From: Escherichia phage VEc74
Direction: 5' to 3' (one strand)
DNA: 64,000 bases
Sequence record: MT932213.1
Below the pieces are notes generated by a model. The model saw only the letters and a program-made list of their open reading frames with translations, was not told where the DNA came from and did no database searches. The translations under genes were made by a program, and so were the position numbers. This document shows, in pieces, positions 1 through 9,829 of this stretch; position 1 is the first letter of the stretch, and every line of letters starts with the position of its first letter.

Positions 1-218
1 CTGCCCAGTACTTACAGGGAATTAAAGCTCTCGGTGGAATTTATGAATATCGTGTAGTTTGCGATACAACAAATAATACTCCGTCAGTAATTGATAGAAA
101 TGAGTTTGTTGCAACATTCTACATCCAACCGGCTCGTAGTATAAATTATATCCAACTTAATTTCGTCGCAACTGCTACTGGTGCAGATTTTGATGAGTTA
201 ACTGGTCTTGCAGGTTAA
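1..218 (+). CDS. 18: Tail sheath protein gp18, C-terminal fragment (5' end outside window)
   Basis: In-frame translation ends ...YIQPARSINYIQLNFVATATGADFDELTGLAG then TAA at 216-218; matches remembered T4 gp18 C-terminus and synteny upstream of gene 19. Confidence 0.8.
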   Translation, partial: AQYLQGIKALGGIYEYRVVCDTTNNTPSVIDRNEFVATFYIQPARSINYIQLNFVATATGADFDELTGLAG

Positions 219-863
219 TTGATTATGGGGCTTCGGCCCCTATTCTCGAGGAATCAAGTGATTATTTCTAAGTTTGTTACAATAAAACCAAGAAATCATT
301 CAAAAATGTGGTCGACAATTCTGGGATATAAAGTATTATATCATGATACAGTATCTGTTCCAATAGAATTAATGCCAAAGAATAGTAATAAAATAGTTGA
401 CGCTAAATGTGATTTATGTGGTATTAAATTTAGTAGAAGCATTCAGCTTTTAAATAGAACACCCACGCATGCATGTAGAAAATGTAGCATTAAACAAGTT
501 GCTATTAAAAATTCGGAAGTTCAATCTGGAATAAGTAGACCATGGCAAAGAGGTGATAAACATCCTCGATGGACTGGTAAAAGAAAAGAGTTTGCATTAT
601 ATGCTAGTAGAGTTCATTCTATAACTAAGTCAGCTAAAATAAGAAAAATCTGGTCAAAATGGCCGAATGCTGATAAAATAGGAGTGTGTGGCGTAGAAGG
701 TGCTTACCAACTCGATCATAAAGTATCTATCAAATATGGATTTGATAATTTAATTCCGCCGGAAATTATAGCAAGCGTAAAAAATTTAGAAATAATCACT
801 TGGGAATCTAACCGAGAAAAGTCAAAAAGAAATAGCGTAGATCTTTGGGATTTACTAGAATGA
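219..863 (+). CDS. Putative free-standing HNH-type (His-Me finger) endonuclease with N-terminal Cys4 zinc-ribbon-like motif; candidate homing endonuclease
   Basis: ORF track 214 aa; CDLCG...CRKC cysteine pairs; C-terminal QLDHKVSIKYGFDN...KNLEIITWESNREK resembles HNH D-H...N...N; track start at 219 is TTG, first ATG at 225 (SD AGGT 212-215), alternative ATG at 306. Confidence 0.5.
   Translation: MIMGLRPLFSRNQVIISKFVTIKPRNHSKMWSTILGYKVLYHDTVSVPIELMPKNSNKIVDAKCDLCGIKFSRSIQLLNRTPTHACRKCSIKQVAIKNSEVQSGISRPWQRGDKHPRWTGKRKEFALYASRVHSITKSAKIRKIWSKWPNADKIGVCGVEGAYQLDHKVSIKYGFDNLIPPEIIASVKNLEIITWESNREKSKRNSVDLWDLLE
227..240 (+). terminator. GGGGC-UUCG-GCCCC tetraloop hairpin just after gene 18 stop; overlaps the 5' end of the HNH ORF
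   Basis: Perfect 5-bp stem with UUCG loop. Confidence 0.5.
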
Positions 864-870
864 TTCTAAA

Positions 871-888
871 GGCCTGTTTCGGCAGGCC
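871..888 (+). terminator. Hairpin GGCCTG-UUUCGG-CAGGCC downstream of HNH ORF
   Basis: Perfect inverted repeat 8 nt after the stop. Confidence 0.45.
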
Positions 889-889
889 A

Positions 890-897
890 TATAAATA
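890..897 (+). promoter_or_regulatory. T4 late promoter motif TATAAATA
   Basis: Exact consensus; 80 nt upstream of gene 19. Confidence 0.5.
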
Positions 898-948
898 CAC
901 TATATCCTTAATTCTTTAATTCTATATGCCCTAGGTTAAACATAGGGA

Positions 949-956
949 TATAAATA
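949..956 (+). promoter_or_regulatory. T4 late promoter motif TATAAATA (gene 19)
   Basis: Exact consensus ~15 nt upstream of gene 19 ATG. Confidence 0.6.
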
Positions 957-970
957 CTACAGAGGCTAAT

Positions 971-1462
971 ATGTTTGTAGATGATGTAACACGAGCGTTT
1001 GAATCTGGTGATTTTGCTCGACCTAACTTATTCCAAGTAGAAATTTCTTATCTTGGACAAAATTTTACGTTTCAATGTAAAGCCACTGCTTTACCAGCTG
1101 GTATTGTAGAAAAAATTCCAGTCGGATTTATGAACCGTAAAATTAACGTAGCAGGCGATCGTACATTCGATGACTGGACTGTTACAGTAATGAACGATGA
1201 AGCTCATGATGCTCGCCAGAAGTTTGTTGATTGGCAAAGCATTGCTGCGGGGCAAGGAAACGAAATTACTGGTGGAAAACCTGCAGAGTATAAAAAGAGC
1301 GCTATCGTCCGTCAATATGCTCGTGACGCTAAAACAGTAACAAAAGAAATTGAAATTAAAGGTCTGTGGCCTACTAACGTGGGTGAACTTCAATTAGATT
1401 GGGATTCAAACAATGAAATCCAAACATTTGAAGTAACTCTTGCTCTCGATTATTGGGAATAA
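971..1462 (+). CDS. 19: Tail tube protein gp19
   Basis: 163 aa, sequence matches remembered T4 gp19 (MFVDDVTRAFESGDFARPNLFQVEISY...); late promoter motif just upstream. Confidence 0.95.
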   Translation: MFVDDVTRAFESGDFARPNLFQVEISYLGQNFTFQCKATALPAGIVEKIPVGFMNRKINVAGDRTFDDWTVTVMNDEAHDARQKFVDWQSIAAGQGNEITGGKPAEYKKSAIVRQYARDAKTVTKEIEIKGLWPTNVGELQLDWDSNNEIQTFEVTLALDYWE

Positions 1463-1467
1463 AATGA

Positions 1468-1485
1468 ATGGGGAGAAATCCCCAT
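1468..1485 (+). terminator. Hairpin AUGGGGA-GAAA-UCCCCAU after gene 19
   Basis: 7-bp stem, GAAA tetraloop. Confidence 0.5.
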
Positions 1486-1494
1486 CCTGCTTAA

Positions 1495-3119
<1,625 letters not shown>

Positions 3120-3120
<1 letters not shown>

Positions 3121-3362
3121 TGGAAGGTTTAATTGAAGCTATTAAATCAAACGACCTCGTAGCCGCTCGTAAATTATTTGCTGAAGCCATGGCTGCAAGA
3201 ACGATTGATTTAATTAAAGAAGAAAAAATCGCTATCGCTCGTAATTTCTTAATCGAAGGTGAAGAACCTGAAGACGAGGATGAAGATGATGATGACGAAG
3301 ATAGCGATGATAAAGACGACAAAAAAGACAAAGACTCTGACGAAGACGAGGATGATGAATAA
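3120..3362 (+). CDS. 67: Prohead core protein gp67
   Basis: 80 aa with acidic Asp/Glu-rich C-terminus, matches T4 gp67 size and position. Confidence 0.9.
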
Positions 3363-3787
3363 TGCTTCTGATCCCTGAAACTCATGAATTAGTTCTCGAG
3401 AATGTCGAAGCACTTATTCCTGAAGCACAGGGTCGCTTTGACGAATTGTCTTCTGCTTTAAATAAAGACGATATAAATACAATTGTCGAGAATATGCTTG
3501 ATGATGAAACTGATTTAGCGGTTGCATTAGCTTCTATTAATGAAAATATGCCGTTAAATGAATTCATCGTTAAACATGTTTCTGCCCGTGGTGAAATTAC
3601 TCGCACTAAAGATCGCAAAACCCGCGAACGAAATGCATTTCAAACCACTGGGCTGTCTAAAGCAAAACGTAGACAAATTGCTCGTAAAGCTACCAAAACG
3701 AAGATTGCCAATCCAGCAGGTCAATCTCGTGCTCAGCGTAAGCGTAAAAAAGCTCTTAAACGCCGTAAAGCATTAGGATTAAGCTAA
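3362..3787 (+). CDS. 68: Prohead core protein gp68
   Basis: 141 aa, position between 67 and 21 as in T4. Confidence 0.85.
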
Positions 3788-4425
3788 TGAATGAACCCCA
3801 ATTACTAATTGAAACTTGGGGTCAACCTGGCGAAATTATTGATGGCGTACCAATGCTTGAATCTCATGATGGAAAAGACTTAGGTTTAAAACCGGGTTTA
3901 TACATCGAAGGAATATTCATGCAAGCGGAAGTCGTCAATAGAAATAAACGTCTTTATCCAAAACGTATATTAGAAAAAGCGGTAAAAGACTATATTAATG
4001 AGCAAGTTTTAACTAAACAAGCTCTCGGAGAATTAAATCATCCTCCACGCGCTAATGTTGACCCGATGCAAGCCGCTATCATTATAGAAGATATGTGGTG
4101 GAAAGGAAATGACGTATACGGACGAGCTCGTGTTATTGAAGGTGACCATGGTCCTGGAGATAAATTAGCAGCTAATATTCGTGCCGGATGGATTCCAGGA
4201 GTTTCTTCTCGTGGATTAGGTTCATTGACTGACACAAATAAAGGTTATCGTATCGTAAACGAAGGATTCAAATTAACTGTAGGTGTTGATGCAGTATGGG
4301 GTCCAAGTGCTCCAGATGCATGGGTAACTCCTAAGGAAATTACCGAATCACAGACGGCGGAAGCCGATACAAGTGCCGATGACGCCTATATGGCTCTCGC
4401 AGAGGCCATGAAAAAAGCGTTATAA
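3787..4425 (+). CDS. 21: Prohead core scaffold protein and protease gp21
   Basis: 212 aa, T4 gp21 size and synteny. Confidence 0.9.
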   Translation: MNEPQLLIETWGQPGEIIDGVPMLESHDGKDLGLKPGLYIEGIFMQAEVVNRNKRLYPKRILEKAVKDYINEQVLTKQALGELNHPPRANVDPMQAAIIIEDMWWKGNDVYGRARVIEGDHGPGDKLAANIRAGWIPGVSSRGLGSLTDTNKGYRIVNEGFKLTVGVDAVWGPSAPDAWVTPKEITESQTAEADTSADDAYMALAEAMKKAL

Positions 4426-4455
4426 ATATTATTATCTAAACAACAGGACTACAAA

Positions 4456-5265
4456 ATGCTTAAAGAACAACTGATTGCCGAAGCGCAGAAAATTGATGCT
4501 TCCGTTGCTCTTGATAGTATTTTCGAATCAGTTAATATTTCTCCGGAAGCAAAAGAAACTTTCGGCACTGTATTCGAAGCTACCGTCAAGCAGCACGCCG
4601 TTAAATTAGCTGAATCTCATATCGCTAAAATTGCTGAAAGGGCAGAAGAAGAAGTAGAAAAAAATAAAGAAGAAGCCGAAGAAAAAGCTGAGAAGAAAAT
4701 CGCTGAGCAAGCTTCTAAATTCATTGACCATCTTGCGAAAGAATGGCTCGCTGAAAATAAATTAGCAGTTGATAAAGGCATCAAAGCCGAACTGTTTGAA
4801 TCCATGCTTGGTGGATTAAAAGAGCTCTTTGTTGAACACAACGTTGTTGTTCCAGAAGAATCAGTTGATGTTGTGGCTGAAATGGAAGAAGAGCTGCAAG
4901 AACATAAAGAAGAATCAGCTCGTCTGTTCGAAGAACTCAATATGCGCGACGCATATATTAATTATGTGCAGCGTGAAGTGGCATTGAGCGAAAGTACTAA
5001 AGATCTGACTGAGTCTCAAAAAGAAAAAGTCTCTGCTCTGGTCGAAGGTATGGATTATTCAGATGCATTCTCAAGTAAATTGAGTGCAATCGTAGAAATG
5101 GTGAAGAAATCTAATAAAGATGAAAGCACTATTACTGAGAGTATAAATACTCCTGATACTGAAGCAGCCGGACTGAATTTCGTCACTGAAGCTGTAGAAG
5201 ATAAAGCTGCACAGGGTGCAGAAGATATTGTAAGTGTATATGCGAAAGTCGCATCTCGTTTCTAA
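4456..5265 (+). CDS. 22: Prohead core scaffold protein gp22
   Basis: 269 aa, coiled-coil, charged; T4 gp22 size and synteny. Confidence 0.9.
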   Translation: MLKEQLIAEAQKIDASVALDSIFESVNISPEAKETFGTVFEATVKQHAVKLAESHIAKIAERAEEEVEKNKEEAEEKAEKKIAEQASKFIDHLAKEWLAENKLAVDKGIKAELFESMLGGLKELFVEHNVVVPEESVDVVAEMEEELQEHKEESARLFEELNMRDAYINYVQREVALSESTKDLTESQKEKVSALVEGMDYSDAFSSKLSAIVEMVKKSNKDESTITESINTPDTEAAGLNFVTEAVEDKAAQGAEDIVSVYAKVASRF

Positions 5266-5283
5266 TTTTAAAGGTTAACACAA

Positions 5284-6849
5284 ATGACTATCAAAACTAA
5301 AGCTGAACTTTTGAACAAATGGAAGCCATTACTGGAAGGTGAAGGTTTACCGGAAATTGCTAATAGCAAACAAGCGATTATCGCTAAAATCTTTGAAAAC
5401 CAGGAAAAAGATTTCCAGACAGCTCCGGAATATAAAGACGAAAAAATTGCTCAGGCATTCGGTTCTTTCTTAACAGAAGCTGAAATCGGCGGTGACCACG
5501 GTTACAATGCTACTAACATCGCTGCAGGTCAGACTTCTGGCGCAGTAACTCAGATTGGCCCAGCTGTTATGGGTATGGTACGTCGTGCTATTCCTAACCT
5601 GATTGCTTTCGATATTTGTGGTGTTCAGCCGATGAACAGCCCGACTGGCCAGGTATTCGCACTGCGCGCAGTATATGGTAAAGATCCGGTGGCTGCCGGT
5701 GCTAAAGAAGCATTCCACCCAATGTATGGTCCAGATGCAATGTTCTCTGGTCAGGGTGCTGCTAAGAAATTCCCAGCTCTGGCTGCTAGCACGCAAACCG
5801 TTGTAGGTGATATCTATACTCACTTCTTCCAGGAAACTGGTACCGTGTATCTGCAAGCTTCCGCTGTAGTAACAATCGATGCTGGTGCGACTGATGCTGC
5901 TAAATTAGATGTCGAAGTTAAGAAACAAATGGAAGCTGGTGTACTGGTAGAAATCGCTGAAGGTATGGCTACTTCTATCGCTGAACTCCAGGAAGGTTTC
6001 AATGGTTCTACCGATAACCCATGGAATGAAATGGGCTTCCGTATCGATAAACAAGTTATCGAAGCTAAATCTCGCCAGCTGAAAGCTGCTTACTCTATTG
6101 AATTAGCACAAGACCTCCGCGCTGTTCACGGTATGGATGCTGATGCTGAACTGTCTGGTATTCTGGCTACAGAAATTATGCTGGAAATCAACCGTGAAGT
6201 TGTTGATTGGATTAACTACTCCGCTCAGGTTGGTAAATCTGGTATGACCCTGACTCCGGGTTCTAAAGCTGGTGTATTTGACTTCCAGGACCCAATCGAT
6301 ATTCGTGGTGCTCGCTGGGCAGGTGAATCCTTTAAAGCTCTGTTGTTCCAGATTGACAAAGAAGCAGTTGAAATTGCTCGTCAGACCGGTCGTGGTGAAG
6401 GTAACTTCATTATCGCTTCCCGTAACGTAGTTAACGTTCTGGCTTCAGTTGATACCGGCATTTCTTATGCTGCACAGGGTCTGGCTACCGGATTTAACAC
6501 TGATACTACCAAGTCAGTATTTGCTGGTGTTCTGGGTGGTAAATACCGCGTATATATCGACCAGTATGCTAAACAGGATTATTTCACTGTAGGTTATAAA
6601 GGTCCGAACGAAATGGATGCTGGTATTTACTATGCTCCATATGTAGCTCTGACTCCGCTGCGTGGTTCCGATCCGAAGAACTTCCAACCGGTAATGGGAT
6701 TCAAAACTCGTTACGGTATCGGTATCAACCCATTTGCAGAATCCGCTGCTCAGGCTCCGGCTTCTCGCATCCAGAGCGGTATGCCTTCTATTCTGAATAG
6801 CCTTGGTAAAAACGCTTACTTCCGCCGTGTATATGTTAAAGGTATCTAA
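5284..6849 (+). CDS. 23: Major capsid protein gp23
   Basis: 521 aa, MTIKTKAELLNKWKPLLEGEGLPEIANSKQAIIAKIFENQEKDFQ... matches T4 gp23. Confidence 0.97.
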   Translation: MTIKTKAELLNKWKPLLEGEGLPEIANSKQAIIAKIFENQEKDFQTAPEYKDEKIAQAFGSFLTEAEIGGDHGYNATNIAAGQTSGAVTQIGPAVMGMVRRAIPNLIAFDICGVQPMNSPTGQVFALRAVYGKDPVAAGAKEAFHPMYGPDAMFSGQGAAKKFPALAASTQTVVGDIYTHFFQETGTVYLQASAVVTIDAGATDAAKLDVEVKKQMEAGVLVEIAEGMATSIAELQEGFNGSTDNPWNEMGFRIDKQVIEAKSRQLKAAYSIELAQDLRAVHGMDADAELSGILATEIMLEINREVVDWINYSAQVGKSGMTLTPGSKAGVFDFQDPIDIRGARWAGESFKALLFQIDKEAVEIARQTGRGEGNFIIASRNVVNVLASVDTGISYAAQGLATGFNTDTTKSVFAGVLGGKYRVYIDQYAKQDYFTVGYKGPNEMDAGIYYAPYVALTPLRGSDPKNFQPVMGFKTRYGIGINPFAESAAQAPASRIQSGMPSILNSLGKNAYFRRVYVKGI

Positions 6850-6864
6850 TCTTTGACGATTTAA

Positions 6865-6880
6865 GGGACCTTCGGGTCCC
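6865..6880 (+). terminator. GGGACC-UUCG-GGUCCC hairpin plus U-tract after gene 23
   Basis: Perfect 6-bp stem, UUCG loop, followed by TTTAGTTGTTTTT. Confidence 0.7.
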
Positions 6881-6897
6881 TTTAGTTGTTTTTATGG

Positions 6898-6905
6898 TAT
6901 AAATA
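6898..6905 (+). promoter_or_regulatory. T4 late promoter motif TATAAATA (gene 24)
   Basis: Exact consensus ~28 nt upstream of gene 24 ATG. Confidence 0.6.
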
Positions 6906-6932
6906 AATCATATAAACCAAAAGGAAAGCGCA

Positions 6933-8216
6933 ATGGCTAAAATCAACGAACTTCTGCGCGAATCAACCACAACGAATAGCAACTCAATCGGTCGCCCAAA
7001 TCTCGTTGCTTTGACTCGCGCTACCACTAAATTAATATATTCTGACATTGTAGCAACACAAAGAACTAATCAACCTGTTGCTGCTTTTTATGGTATCAAA
7101 TACCTTAACCCAGACAATGAATTTACATTTAAAACTGGTGCTACTTACGCTGGCGAAGCTGGATATGTAGACCGAGAACAAATCACAGAATTAACAGAAG
7201 AGTCTAAATTAACTCTCAATAAAGGCGATTTATTCAAATATAATAATATCGTTTATAAAGTATTAGAAGATACTCCATTTGCTGATATTGAAGAAAGCGA
7301 CTTAGAGTTAGCTCTTCAGATTGCAATTGTTCTTTTAAAGGTTCGTCTATTTTCTGATGCAGCATCAACAAGTAAATTTGAAAGCTCCGATAGCGAAATT
7401 GCGGATGCTAGATTCCAGATTAATAAATGGCAAACCGCAGTTAAATCTCGCAAACTTAAAACTGGTATCACAGTTGAATTAGCACAAGATTTAGAAGCAA
7501 ATGGATTCGATGCTCCTAATTTCTTGGAAGATTTGCTTGCAACTGAAATGGCAGATGAAATTAATAAAGATATTCTGCAGTCTTTGATTACAGTGTCAAA
7601 ACGCTATAAAGTTACAGGAATTACTGATAGTGGATTCATCGATTTGAGTTATGCATCTGCTCCTGAAGCTGGTCGTTCATTATACCGAATGGTATGTGAA
7701 ATGGTTTCGCATATCCAAAAAGAATCAACTTATACAGCAACGTTCTGTGTTGCTTCAGCTCGTGCTGCTGCGATTCTTGCTGCATCAGGTTGGTTAAAAC
7801 ATAAACCAGAAGATGATAAATATCTTTCACAAAATGCCTACGGGTTCTTAGCTAATGGTTTACCGCTTTATTGCGATACTAACAGCCCATTAGATTATGT
7901 AATCGTTGGCGTAGTAGAAAATATCGGTGAAAAAGAAATTGTTGGATCAATTTTCTATGCGCCATATACAGAAGGTCTCGACTTAGATGACCCTGAACAT
8001 GTAGGTGCATTTAAAGTTGTTGTTGACCCAGAAAGCTTACAACCGTCTATCGGTTTATTAGTTAGATATGCTTTATCAGCAAATCCTTATACCGTAGCAA
8101 AAGATGAAAAAGAAGCAAGAATAATTGACGGTGGAGACATGGATAAAATGGCGGGTCGTTCAGATTTGTCTGTTTTATTAGGTGTTAAATTACCAAAAAT
8201 TATTATCGATGAATAA
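6933..8216 (+). CDS. 24: Capsid vertex protein gp24
   Basis: 427 aa, gp23 paralog, T4 gp24 size; late promoter TATAAATA upstream. Confidence 0.95.
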   Translation: MAKINELLRESTTTNSNSIGRPNLVALTRATTKLIYSDIVATQRTNQPVAAFYGIKYLNPDNEFTFKTGATYAGEAGYVDREQITELTEESKLTLNKGDLFKYNNIVYKVLEDTPFADIEESDLELALQIAIVLLKVRLFSDAASTSKFESSDSEIADARFQINKWQTAVKSRKLKTGITVELAQDLEANGFDAPNFLEDLLATEMADEINKDILQSLITVSKRYKVTGITDSGFIDLSYASAPEAGRSLYRMVCEMVSHIQKESTYTATFCVASARAAAILAASGWLKHKPEDDKYLSQNAYGFLANGLPLYCDTNSPLDYVIVGVVENIGEKEIVGSIFYAPYTEGLDLDDPEHVGAFKVVVDPESLQPSIGLLVRYALSANPYTVAKDEKEARIIDGGDMDKMAGRSDLSVLLGVKLPKIIIDE

Positions 8217-8222
8217 AACAAA

Positions 8223-8238
8223 GGGACCGAAAGGTCCC
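8223..8238. terminator. Bidirectional hairpin GGGACC-GAAA-GGUCCC between convergent genes 24 and rnlB
   Basis: Perfect stem flanked by A-run and T-run. Confidence 0.7.
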
Positions 8239-8245
8239 TTTTTAT

Positions 8246-9250
8246 TTAGCTCACCAACTCAATCCAAGCTGGACGAAGTACATCTTGCACCATTTTAACT
8301 AATTCCTTTTTAATCAAAGAAGGATTATCTGCTTGAGTTAGAGTAATACCTTCACGAGAAGTTTCTTCCAAAATATCTTGAACAGTTAACCCCATCACCT
8401 TTCCAAAATCCTTTGGACCAATTTCGCCAATTTTAGAAATAACGTTATTTACGCGGTTCAGTGTAACGTAACAAGCTAAAATTCCAACCAATTTGTTATC
8501 AGCTTCTGATAGCTCAACTTTAGCTTTAATAGGCTTATCAGACTTTTTCTTTTCACTAAATTTGGAATTCTTGCATTTGATGGCTACACGATTTCCATTA
8601 TGAAGCCAAGAAGGATAACACGGTTTCAATACATATCCTTCGGCAGTAAATACTTCACCTTTTGCTTCGGCATTCCAAACGCATTTATTTGCATCAACTA
8701 ATCCAGCATGGTCTACTGTAAAATTATAATCTTGGACGACAGAATCTAAATCATTTGGCAATTTAATAAGCTCTTCAAATTTACCGCGACCTAAAAGTGG
8801 AGCCATTTTAAATTTAAATGTATTACAGAATGATTCCATCATATAATCGTCGACATAAGTCACATCACCACTTTCTGTAGTGACAATAATGTCAAATACA
8901 TAAAAATCTTTATCGCCATAATCAACATTCTTCTGAATGCCAGGTCCAGCGAATTCGCCAAAGACTTGATAAGATACAACCGCTGAGGTTTCCATAATAT
9001 CTTGTACTGCTTTAATGGAATCAGCGTAATTCTTTAAAATAATTTCATACCCAAAGAAATCTTCAGCGGGAAGAATCGGTCCAGTACGTTTAGCGCAAGT
9101 TACTTTATCACGCTCAATAATCAATGAGAAATTTGTACCGTGAATCTTTTCACGAGCTACCCACTCCCCACCAGTCAATCCCAAGCTATAAAGTTTTTCA
9201 ATAAATTTAGAGTTGTAATGATTTTCAAGACTGCTATACTTTTTAAACAT
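8246..9250 (-). CDS. rnlB: RNA ligase 2 (Rnl2, gp24.1)
   Basis: 334 aa, [42 protein letters not shown]... contains ligase motif I KIHGTN; T4 Rnl2 size. Confidence 0.93.
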   Translation of the reverse strand: MFKKYSSLENHYNSKFIEKLYSLGLTGGEWVAREKIHGTNFSLIIERDKVTCAKRTGPILPAEDFFGYEIILKNYADSIKAVQDIMETSAVVSYQVFGEFAGPGIQKNVDYGDKDFYVFDIIVTTESGDVTYVDDYMMESFCNTFKFKMAPLLGRGKFEELIKLPNDLDSVVQDYNFTVDHAGLVDANKCVWNAEAKGEVFTAEGYVLKPCYPSWLHNGNRVAIKCKNSKFSEKKKSDKPIKAKVELSEADNKLVGILACYVTLNRVNNVISKIGEIGPKDFGKVMGLTVQDILEETSREGITLTQADNPSLIKKELVKMVQDVLRPAWIELVS

Positions 9251-9259
9251 AATTAATCC

Positions 9260-9538
9260 TCAAAACGTAATTTCTAACCAATCACCATCACGCTGATCAC
9301 TATTGACTTTAAAGCTAAATCCTTCTTTTCTCAGCCAATCACCAATTTCTTCAGTAATCAATTTATCACGAGCAATACAATAATAACTAAAATGTGTTTT
9401 ACCTTGTTCAGCTGCTTTATTAGCAAGTTCCGAAAAATCTTTAATAAAGCACTCTAGTTTAAACTGTTTACTTTTGAATGCTTTTTCGCGTAATTGATTA
9501 GCAAAAGATTCATTTTCATAAAGATCATACTGTTCCAT
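9260..9538 (-). CDS. 24.2: Hypothetical protein 24.2
   Basis: 92-aa ORF in T4-syntenic position. Confidence 0.6.
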   Translation of the reverse strand: MEQYDLYENESFANQLREKAFKSKQFKLECFIKDFSELANKAAEQGKTHFSYYCIARDKLITEEIGDWLRKEGFSFKVNSDQRDGDWLEITF

Positions 9539-9740
9539 TTTTCACCTTTTTATTGATATGTCTTTTTCTATAGACAACTTTTTCTCGAGTTTCAAATTTA
9601 TTCTTAGCAGTCATAGCTCGAGCCCATAATACAGCCACTTCTTTTGCCTGTAAGTTTAATTCACGAGCAATTTCAATGAATGACTTTCCAGACTCATGAA
9701 GAGTAAACACCACAACCTCAGTTCTCATAATCAATCTCAT
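9525..9740 (-). CDS. 24.3: Hypothetical small protein 24.3, possible HTH DNA-binding
   Basis: 71-aa ORF; segment SGKSFIEIARELNLQAKEVAVLWARA resembles a helix-turn-helix. Confidence 0.55.
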   Translation of the reverse strand: MRLIMRTEVVVFTLHESGKSFIEIARELNLQAKEVAVLWARAMTAKNKFETREKVVYRKRHINKKVKNGTV

Positions 9741-9809
9741 GTTATCGAGTTGGTGCCATTATATACATCATTTTCTGATTGTGTTTTGTGTGCTTTCAAA
9801 ACGAAGAAA

Positions 9810-9823
9810 GGGGCCGAAGCCCC
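9810..9823 (-). terminator. GGGGC-UUCG-GCCCC hairpin downstream of hoc (minus strand)
   Basis: Perfect stem; T-rich tract follows on minus strand. Confidence 0.6.
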
Positions 9824-9829
9824 TTATGA

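Noticed and set aside
1091-1393. 100-aa ORF antisense to gene 19
   Set aside because: Entirely nested opposite a well-supported tail tube gene; no promoter or SD. Typical spurious antisense ORF.
4617-4940. 107-aa Ser-rich ORF antisense to gene 22
   Set aside because: Antisense to GAA/GAG-rich scaffold codons; no independent support.
5470-6002. Two antisense ORFs inside gene 23
   Set aside because: Nested in the major capsid gene on the opposite strand; the capsid protein match is unambiguous.
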